Shown here: positions 49,164 to 59,700 of the stretch, piece by piece
Layout of the letters: the number at the start of each line of letters is the position of its first letter
Numbering within the stretch: position 1 is the first letter of the stretch
Source of the DNA: Adineta vaga
Taxonomy: Eukaryota; Animalia; Rotifera
Reading direction: 5' to 3'
Assembly (NCBI GenBank): GCA_021613535.1
Contig: CP075493.1
Coordinates: forward strand, 11,346,001-11,410,000
DNA: 64,000 bases
Translations under genes and position numbers: made by a program
Notes under the pieces: generated by a model
The model's input: only the letters and a program-made list of their open reading frames with translations
Told to the model about the DNA's origin: nothing
The model's database searches: none

Positions 49164-49593
49164 TAATGTGACTGATTCGTAAAGCAAATCTTATTTCAAT
49201 TTTTTTTATGAATTCTCCACTAAAATCAAGAAATCTTACTTAATAAAAAAATTTTTTCATCAATTAATTATCTAAGATCGGCAAAACTTTCAATCAATGG
49301 ATTGATCGAATGCAAGGATATACAGCTTCCTGTCATCTGTTTCTCGTCTAACATACAGTACATTTCGACTATGCACCTTTTTCTTTCCCTTTCTTCATAT
49401 AACTTCTTTTACGAAAATTATCGATCGAAAAAGGAGAAAGGAAAGAGCAATAAGTGTATGACCGTATAGTCGTCGAATGTGACTAAAGAATTCGTCTTTT
49501 ATTTTCGTCCAATGCATTTGTTGTCTCTTCGAATAGAATTAGAACGAAATGTCGCATGACAAATAACGTGCTATATTTGTTTGTTTTTCTATA

Positions 49594-50996
49594 ATGGATA
49601 ATCAAGAATTTCGTGGTATTTTGTTAAAACTTCAAGATCGTTTAAGTGATAATGATCGTAAACGTTTACATTTCTTTTTTGGTAATGATGTTCCACGACG
49701 TATTCGTGATGATCCAACACTTGGTGGTACTCTTAGTCTATTGGAATCACTTTTCGATCAAGACAAAATAAATGAACAAGATTTTAGTGTACTAGTCAAT
49801 GCATTAGAAGAGATTTGTTGTTCAGATGCGGCAAAATTATTAAAAGGTGAGATTATCAACTACAGTTCATATATTTTCCTATTTTACTCGAATTAGATCA
49901 TATGAAACAAACAAAATCATATGGTACAAAACAACCGCTAGAAAGATTATCATCTATTATGCCAAGTGGAATAATCAATGACTTATTGAATGATCTTGAA
50001 GAAGATAGATGTGCAATGAAAACTGGTGCATATGAACAAAGATCATATTTCTCATTTGAATTCATTATCTTCATCGTTCATTTCTAGATCAATATGCTGT
50101 ACATTGTATTAGTAATATAAATGCTCATGTATTTCATGATACAAGACCTAATATCAGTCCACCTACGATTATTATGCAAACAGAGAATAAATCACAATCA
50201 AAATGTTCACATTTTTTTATACATATGCCAGTATTTCAAAAGTATTTGGTGCTCGTTGTGATAATCTTCTTTATTACTTCGTTCATATTCTTAAGTTTAT
50301 TTATTCAAAAAACGTCTTTAATCAGTGCTCTTCGAAAAAATTCCAATACAAGTACTGAAAATGATTCGGAAATGAATAAAACTATTCAATTCTTAAATAA
50401 AAGCATGATACTTCTTGAACAAGAGAAAAGTAAGTGAAACAGAATTCTGATTATCGATGATGTGTCAAACGAAGTTTTTAGATCAATTACCAATTCGTAG
50501 TGGTACTCGATTTTGTGGAGTTGGAGGTGGTTATTTTGATGATTCATTAATATCAAATTTTACTTGTTCTCATCATCTTCGTGGTATGAGTAATCAACAT
50601 CGTTCTTCGTCATCGAATTGGTTTCAATTTCATTATTCATCAATGGATCGTCCTAGTCCTATTCTTAAAAGTGATGTACATGGTGCAAAGAAATTCGATT
50701 CTGAATCTGATATATCAGAACAATTCTATCTAGATAGAGATGATGTTGTTTATAAAATTCAAGTATTATGTCGAAATACAAATTATTATAAAGGAGACAA
50801 AACTTATACTGTTTCGGCCGTTCGAGCAATACGATTATTTACAAAAAAGGAACGAAGTAGTGCACCAATTGAAGATACTAATGGTGATTTATATACGGAA
50901 CAATTTGATGGATATTATGTAGCTTATGCTACTGGATTATCAGGAATATATCTCGATCAAATACAATTTTATTGGACTCGAGCAGCGAAGAATTGA
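49594..50996 (+). CDS. Death-effector-domain (DED) + TM + jacalin-like lectin, type II receptor; 4 exons
   Basis: Exons 49594-49846, 49897-50025, 50088-50429 and 50482-50996 splice in frame (all phase 1). DED-like FRGILLKLQDRLSDNDRKRLHF...LLESL..QDKINEQDF; TM YLVLVVIIFFITSFIFLSLFI; jacalin-like GVGGGYFDD...GLSGIYLDQIQFYW. Confidence 0.85.
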
Positions 50997-51885
50997 TATT
51001 GAAATTTATTTGTTAATAAAGTATATCTGTTCTACATTGTATGAGAGAACATGGATCGTGTATCATTCATTGTCAGTTGAATTATTTAATTGATTTTACT
51101 CTTGTCTTCTCTATGTGAACTGTGAATGTCTCTATAATTTATTTAAGTGCGAAATTTTCACTATAAAAATACAACAATAGACACAGTTGAGATAGAAATC
51201 TGCTTGTGGTTCTTTCTCTTCGATTTCTCTGATGAATTAACTCTGATAGTTTTCCGCGTCCATTTAGATTAATGATTCATTTAACACGAGCATACTTTTG
51301 AATATTTGTTCGACATTGCTTGCAATCTTTGCTGATGTTTCTGTATATTACATTTTGTACAAGTTAGCTATACTCTACAAGAAGACATCTTACAAAACAA
51401 TAAGTTTAATGATTCATATTCTAGCTTGAGCATGATCAACCATACCGACCGATTATTAAGCACAACATAAAGTGTAACGGCATGCATATTTTTTCAACGC
51501 CTTGTTTTTTTTTGTTATGACTACGAAGAAGAGAACGGCAAAATTAGAAAAAGAATGAATATGTTGGTGTGCTTTCCATACCACCTTGCAATACTGTAAG
51601 TAAATATTGATGTCAGTTGAATAAATATTTTCTACAATGAGTCAGTGAGTGATTCAACTGCAATTTATTGACACTCAATACTCTGATCGGTAGATACATC
51701 ACAGTAATTGTACCCAAGTAATATGTATTTTGTAGGCTTACTTCTCATTTGGAATTAACAAATGTGAGAAAATGAAGATTTCTATACTGCAGAAATCAGG
51801 ATTAGATTTTTATTAAATCACGTATGTGACTACGTAGTAATGATAAATACATATATCATGTCATAGAAATATTTCTTTTTTTCTA

Positions 51886-52215
51886 TCAAGAATTGTCCTC
51901 TTCTGTTGTTTTGGACGATGTAAGATTCTTCACAAGAATGGCTTCACCTGCAAAGAATATAATTGTTCCAACAATGAATATACCTATTTCAATAAGTTGT
52001 AAAATTCCACTATTCTTTGCATATTGTCGTGCTGATTTATTAGAACTATTTCGACATATTATCCAATTAAGAATCCAAATGCATGGAATACATATGCCAA
52101 GAATTAGAAGCAACAAGGCGATATGATTATCTTTATCGTCTTCATGTGTGGTGGAATGATTTTTTACATATCGTTCAGATAGAAAGGATGATGAAGGTGA
52201 ACCAACCGATGACAT
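51886..52215 (-). CDS. Small two-hydrophobic-segment membrane protein (weak PEN-2-like pattern)
   Basis: 109-aa ORF with LLLLILGICIPCIWILNW...ARQYAKNS and a second TM; TATA-like element upstream. Confidence 0.65.
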   Translation of the reverse strand: MSSVGSPSSSFLSERYVKNHSTTHEDDKDNHIALLLLILGICIPCIWILNWIICRNSSNKSARQYAKNSGILQLIEIGIFIVGTIIFFAGEAILVKNLTSSKTTEEDNS

Positions 52216-52713
52216 TGTTTCTTAAAAGTTGATTAAGAACGAATAAAAAAGGACTAGAAGAATTGTTTGTTTGTTTGTTTGTTTTTGAATTAAAAGCAAT
52301 ATTGATTAAGTAAGTTTTAGTTACTATATAAAGTATCGGGTATATGTATTACAGTAAAAAACAATGAAAACTTCAATTAATAAAATACCGATAAACAGAT
52401 CTATTTATTTATGAGATTGTGTGAGAGTATGACAGCAAGACAATTCGAAGAAACGTACATTGACTGAAAGCAATAAATATTTTCCGATGAAATATGTACA
52501 TAAGTTCATACTTGATTATTTTTACACATAGTTCTTGAAGTGAAATATTTTTGTAAGAATCAATAACATTTCTTTTAATAAGTCATCAATTTTTTAATAT
52601 AATTTTCTGAGTGAAGCTTACAATATAAATAAACTGTACTGCGCATAAAAGTGGTTAGGCATCAACGAAATCGTTATGAAACGCTAACTACTGAAAATCG
52701 AAAAAGAAAATGT

Positions 52714-53008
52714 TTAGTTATCACAACGACCAGCAATCGATCTCCAACTTCCATTCACTTTGCATTTGCAAGATGTGTAACCAAATCCACGGCATGAACC
52801 AGTTACAGCACCGATATTCTTGCCAATGCAATTAGCTTCACAACGTGCTGAGTTCCATGGACATCCACAACTTCCAGCCGAAGCCATATCTATAAGAGAA
52901 AAATAGATTTACTTGTTTCTTCAAAGCTTTTCACATTGTTGTTCATATACCTAATGTCATTCCAAGAAAGAGAACAACGACAACGAGAAGAATAAGAGCA
53001 CGAGTCAT
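52714..53008 (-). CDS. Secreted CS-alpha-beta defensin-like peptide with 8 Cys (77 aa, 2 exons)
   Basis: Exons 53008-52951 and 52889-52714 give MTRALILLVVVVLFLGMTLDMASAGSCGCPWNSARCEANCIGKNIGAVTGSCRGFGYTSCKCKVNGSWRSIAGRCDN*, with a C..CxxxC..GxC..CxC motif. Confidence 0.88.
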
Positions 53009-53540
53009 AGCAATATTGTTTCTTTGATTTCGAAATAGAATATAATTTGTATTTGTAGTAAATATACTAAAGAAACGTGTTTTATATACTTTTTCGTAAA
53101 TGTAATATGAGTATGAAAATGGGAAGCAGATTAACGACACAATATATCGAAGAAACAAGAATAGAACGGAAGTAAATGCATATATCACCTTGATTGATAG
53201 TTATGAAAAAGAAATATGAGAAATAAAGGTTTGTTTTTTTCTTTCTATAGTCATAGATTTAGAATCATTGTAAATGAATAAGATTAGACAAAAGAAAAAA
53301 ACTAATATGTTGTCATGTATTTCAAAGGGCATTCGGTAAATAAAATAGTGGGGTAGTACATTTTTTTTCTCATTCTTTATTTGAAAAGAAAACGAGAATA
53401 TGTTTTGTCAATATATTTCACTCATGAATAATTTATGTAAATTCGTATTTTAAATTAAATCAAATCATCTCAATAAGTGTAGAACTTCTTAAGAAATTTT
53501 TTACAATAATAGATGACGACACGTTCTAAAAGATCAATGT

Positions 53541-54005
53541 TTAACAGTTGTTTTCTTTTGCATATTTACTTGTCCACTCGCTTGCCATGTAATTGTACAT
53601 TTTTTGATCTGTTCGATAGAGTTTCAAAGCTTCCTTATTCAGTCCATGTTCTGGATTGGGATCTGTTAGTAATGAACATAATGATATTAGAAGACCACGT
53701 ATCGTCAATGCTGGCGACCATTGTGAGTGTAAAATATCCAAGCAGATTTCTCCATTTGAGCTGATATTTGTATGGAAAATATTCGTAGTGAAACGTACAG
53801 TAGGTGGTTTGAAAGGAAATTCTAGTGGAAAGTCGATTATTAAATGAAATCTGCCACCAGCATATGGTGTATTTTGTGGTCCATCGATCCAGCCGACCCA
53901 ATGAAGCATGTTTTTGCTTGGATCTTCAGGTTCTGCGTAACATAATGGAGCGGGATTCTTTTGCAATTCGTCAAAATGAATAGCGAGACGTTTCGCAAAA
54001 GCCAT
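53541..54005 (-). CDS. Ubiquitin-conjugating enzyme E2 (divergent UBE2D/Ubc4-like)
   Basis: GPQNTPYAGG, FPFKPP, FHTNISSNGEICLDIL (catalytic Cys), QWSPAL and DPNP; ATG at 54005. Confidence 0.92.
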   Translation of the reverse strand: MAFAKRLAIHFDELQKNPAPLCYAEPEDPSKNMLHWVGWIDGPQNTPYAGGRFHLIIDFPLEFPFKPPTVRFTTNIFHTNISSNGEICLDILHSQWSPALTIRGLLISLCSLLTDPNPEHGLNKEALKLYRTDQKMYNYMASEWTSKYAKENNC

Positions 54006-54746
54006 AATACTAAAGTAGAAATAATCTAAAAAAGAAAGAAAAATACGATCTTCACTTGAAACAATTCCAACCAAAATTGGTCTGTTATATTATAAAGTCA
54101 ATGAGCAGACACTGCCCGTTGTGCAAAAGTGCCGTATAATATATGGCAATGAATAGCGGGCAAAAGTTGTGTCCTACGAGAACGAATTTTTCTGATCCCC
54201 ATTCGCATGGGAAATGGGAATGCGAATAGAAAAAAGGCCAATCCCGCAGAACAGTAGGGAAAAGCCAACACAGCTAAGAAGGAAGTAAATTAATATTTCC
54301 TTAGTGCATTCTGTGAAACATTTCTGATTGACTTCACGACACAAATCTATAAAAATAACATCTTTCAAAATAAATAAAAAAAGCAATGAAACAACCTATT
54401 TACATATATAAAAAATTTCAGATGGTATCAATTGGTACGACGTCATATCATTCGTCGAAACAACTCATGACTCTTATCGGAATAGTTATCAATATTTACA
54501 AATAATAGAAATTTCTGACGAAAAAAAATACAAATATTAATCATTTATAATGGCAAAGAATGTTATGATTAATAACCTCTGTACTTGCATAACAACACAG
54601 AAATATATATTTCAACATAGTCATGTTACTCATGTAATCAATTGCAACATATTTTGAAAGTATACTGAAATAGAAAAGAGAAATAAAGCATCAAGAGAAA
54701 CTTTTCCATTTGATGGCACCACGTTTCATAGTTCTTTGTTCTCATT

Positions 54747-56130
54747 TTAATATAGGAGGACGAAGAAGAGAAAGACTGAAAGAAGAAGTGTCACTGTTTG
54801 GTAGAGACTGATAATTTGATAACATGCAGATGAATGAAGTGTTTTCTTTTCGAAACAGTCAAACAATTGATCTGTGAGATTAACTAAAGTAGTTGTTACT
54901 TGTTGAGCCAATGCATCGCCCCAAGTAATATCACCACTAGACAATAGAATCACGCCTAAGTTGCGTTGTTCATTGATCATCATTGAATGAGCAACACCAG
55001 GCATCCATCCTCGATGACCAACAAGATGTCGACCGTTTTGAAGTCGCCAATTCCAAATCAGTGCGTACCGTACATCAGGTTCTTCGACTGATCCATCCTG
55101 TCGAACAATACGCAGCATTTCATTGATTGATGACGATTTCTGCAGAAGACGAGGAGTGAAATTATTCAAAAATGATCGGAGATAGATGGATAAAGAATAA
55201 GTTGACATTCGAAGCATGGCTGCTGGATAGACACTAATACTGTAAGGAGGTATATAGAGCCATTCAGATGAGTTTGGTGCCTGTGAAATAAAAGAAATAG
55301 TGTTAACACTATATGATCAGTTCTAGTAAAACGGAAAATTGTACCTGAACAACATTTAATTGTGGAATAATCTGTTGATAAGTAGCTAACAATGATATAT
55401 TGTAGACAAAATGTTCAACTATATCTTCACGTTTCGAAGCAAAATCTGCCAAACGATAACTGGCTTCTGTATGTCCAATTTCTAATCGATCAAAAATCAT
55501 CAATCGTACATAACGTTCAAATGTTAGATGTGAGACACGTTCCACGACCAAAGCACCCCATGCTGCATTTACATTAGAGTAATATGTTACATTGCCTGGC
55601 GCTTTTGCAAGCCAACTCGCATTATTTGTCAAATACCGTAGAGTAACTTCGGTTAAATTAGTTTTCACAAAATCATCACCTGGCATTCCATGCTGAAATT
55701 CTTCTTCATAATTCGATCCAAGGCCAGTTGAATGTGAAAGAATATGACGCATTGTAATTGTGACATTTGGAAAGAATGGATGAAATATTCGTATTGGAAA
55801 ATTTAAATATTGATTGACATCCTTATCAAGATCAAGAACTTCTTTTTCGACCAGTTGCATCGCAGCTAGAGCAACAAATGTTTTTGAAATAGAAGCAATA
55901 ACAAAAATCGATTGTGATGTATCAATGGGATGTTCAGTAGAAAGAGGAGAATGATAACCGAAACCTTCGGCGTAGAGAACATCTGTAGCATTAACAACTA
56001 TAGCTGCAAAACCCGGCATATGGACACGACGAAGTTCATTTTCAATTGATATTTTCGATGGAGGACATTGTCGTGCTGTTGTAGTTAGTGATGACATAAT
56101 AAAAATAAATATACATTGCATGACAATCAT
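54747..56130 (-). CDS. Beta-lactamase/serine-hydrolase family protein with signal peptide and C-terminal hydrophobic anchor; 2 exons
   Basis: SxxK (SISK), LSHSTG, YxN (YSN) and HxG (HRG); intron at 55281-55344. Confidence 0.88.
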
Positions 56131-56720
56131 TTCTACATCAACACCAAATAAATCGTATAAAACTATTCTAAGGTAAAAGAAATATTCTTCAGCTACTCCT
56201 AAGCATCGTGCAAATATACCTGAGTATAATGTTGATAGACTTTATTAACCTTTCTTTTTGTCTTTCTTATCTATATTTGATTTTATCTTATATCAAATAG
56301 ATTTAATCCAACATTGTAAGAAAGAAATCAGTTTTTCTAATACTAAGCATCATTACAACACGTTAGTGGAAATTATGTGCATTGATAGATACAAAAAATG
56401 TATATAACATAGTACTAACTGTTAGACGTGTTCAACTCACTGACGTCAAATAGAGAAACGCATATTTACATCAGTGATTAACTATGTTTTAAGCCAGGCT
56501 CTTTTTTTTCTATCATATGTTCATATTTTTTTATACAAAAATCTGTATGGTTATATTTATCAGTGTGTTAGCTTCTGAAAATCATATGAATAGAAGTAAC
56601 GGAAATTCTGATATGCATTATATGCTTGGAAAACAGATTCCATTCTGTTCATGGAAAAAGTATTTAATAAAAGAAAAATAGAAAGAAACATTCATTCTAT
56701 CAGTATCAAGCAAATCAACT

Positions 56721-59700
56721 ATGCGACTGCTATATTTATTCACATTTATCATTTTATGCAAAGTATTCAATACACATTATTCTGTCTATCATTCAGATCA
56801 ATCGTTATCAACTAATTTTGGATTCGATTGTCTTTATGGTCATTTGACAGATAATGAAGAATACGAAGATATTCGTAGTGATACAACATATCATTTGATT
56901 TCTTATTGTAGAAGACCAATTGAACATGATGATGATGAAAATGAGAAAGAATCAATTCTTTCAACTGAAAACATATACAATAATATAACATTTACTGAAT
57001 TATATCAATATGGTGTAACAACTGAACAATTACTCAATTGGTCAGCACCAATTGATCTTGTTGAACAATATGCCATGAAAGATAATACAGATCGAATACA
57101 CATTTTTTACAATTGTTCATTGCCTTGGTTCGGTCCTAAATGTCAATATAAATTCGACAATAATGCATCCTTATCGTTTAATGAAATTCTTCGATTAAAT
57201 TTTCTTACACGAATAAGAATTACTAGCACCTTACCTGATTTCGATATTGATACATGTTATCCATTTTTAATCAATTGTTCTTATAAATTACCATTCATGT
57301 GTCTTGATTGGCGTGAAATTTGTGATGGCAAATATGATTGTATGAATGGAGAAGATGAACAAAACTGTCAAACAATGGAAATATTCGAATGTCCTGATAA
57401 TACTTATCGATGTCATTATGGTGGACAATGTATTCCATTGACATTTGTCCGAGATAAACATAGTCATATCGATTGTCTAGATGGTACTGATGAGACAGTA
57501 GTTATTGAACAAGAAAATGCCTTATTCGGAGCATTTTGTTATACAATTCCAACATTTCAATGTGAAGAACATATGAGTCGTTATCAATTTTCTTCTCAAT
57601 GCGGTGATGGATATTATTATCCATATCATTTGAGTACTCGAACGAAAATGAGTTGTGCTAATGGACGATTTTTAAAATTGAAATTGTCTCGAAATGATTC
57701 ATTTTCAAATATTTCAAAACAATCCTGGAAAGAATTATTAGAATCAACATTGATTTCCAATATGCACATTTGGTATCGAACATTAACGAATTCCAATTCA
57801 ATGTATACATTACTATCTTGTAAATCTACAAATAGAATATGTTTGTCAAATTGGTTTTTCAAAGTACAATTATTTAACACTCATCCTATGTTTCATTTCA
57901 TTTATTTATCAAATCGTTCATTTTCTGATTTCTATCATTATGTACAACCGAATTACATTTGTTTTTATCCGAAAGATTGCTTACAATTGGTTAAAGATGC
58001 GATCGATATTGGTTTAAATAATGGATTGATTTGTTATTATACGAATGATATTTCGGAAGAATCAATCACCAATGAAACACAAATACGAAAAGTTCTAGAT
58101 AAATTGTTTCTTCGTTGTGTAACAACAGGTATCGAACGAACATGTTCACATTCATCTCTTTTTCATTGTTCGATCTCATTGAAATGTATTTCTAAACATC
58201 GTCTCGTTGATGGCATTTCTGATTGTTATTATAATGAAGATGAACTATTCGATAGTTGTCAATTAAATGATTCACAACGATTTATTTGTTCATCTGAACC
58301 AAACAAATGTTTAGCACCCATTGCTTTATATAATCGAAAATATGAATGTCAAGGAAAAGAAGATGAAATGGATGAAATTCAACGAAATATTCTCAAAGGA
58401 TATGTACCTATTGGTCTTATATGTGATGGTGTGAAAGAACAGTTATTAGAACATGCTAATGATACCGATGAAACAGATTGCAAATATTGGCCATGTAATA
58501 ATCCTTATACACGATGCAATGGTGTTTCAACTTGTCTGGATGGTACTGATGAACTGAATTGTCCTCTACTAGAATACAGTATAAATACGGGTCAGTGTTC
58601 AAAACAAATTGTTACAAATCTATTTTGTGAACGGGCTATACATTCAATTGCAAACAAATTCGATAGTAAAATAGTTCATGTTACAAATAATACTGTCCTA
58701 GATTATGCGACAAATAAAAATCGTACGAAATGTTTCATAACACCGAAGTGCTACTCATTACCACAAATATGTCAATTCGACGTTTTAAATACATTATTCG
58801 ATCAACTTTGTCATCTACCTGAAGCGTTAGTCTGCTTGCTTGAGTTGTTCTATTGGAAACCAATACTTCGAACGAATATTTGTCATTTTAATTTGTACAC
58901 ATCTAGCAAAGACGATCAAGTACAATCGGCATTTACATCAACACAACTTGGCTACTTTCCAATAGTTTCATCTGCTTTATCTAACTCAAATAATTCCAAT
59001 ATGAAAACAACTACTAGCATTGAAACACTAACGAAAACATTTAAAAACTGGTATTGTAATCGTGGTATTCTTGTTTTTCACAAAAACAATCAAACAAAAA
59101 CATGTCTATGTCCACCCACTTATTTCGGTCATCGATGTCAATGGCAAAATCAACGTCTTAGTTTAACATTTCAATTTATCTATCAAACAAATACTTATAA
59201 TACAATTCTCATCTTTCAACTTATTATTATGCTTATTGATCAACAAAAACATATGACATCCTATCATGAACAAATTCTTTATATTCCCAAAGAAAATTGT
59301 GATACAAAATATAATATTTATTTACTTTATCCAACTAGACCAAAGAATCTTTCAATAAATTATACAATTCATATTGATATATTTGATAAAGTAACATTGA
59401 CTTATTATGGAAGTTGGTTTTTATCAATTCCATTTCTATTTTTACCCGTTAATCGAATTGCAACGCAAATATTTATTCCAGCTACACCTAAAATGATATC
59501 TAAATCATGTCCTTTAGTTTGTGGTCATCACGGTCAATGTGTTGAATATCTAAATCAGAATAATTCCTATTTTTGTCAATGTCATCAAGGATATTCAGGT
59601 TTACATTGTCATATTCCTCATCATTGTTCTTGTTCATCCGATTCATTATGTTTATCATCATCAATTTGTGTTTGTCCAGTAAATAAATTCGGTTCAAAAT

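Noticed and set aside
54105-54270. GC-richer patch with imperfect hairpins upstream of the E2 gene
   Set aside because: No clear TIR/TSD pair or RNA-gene signature.
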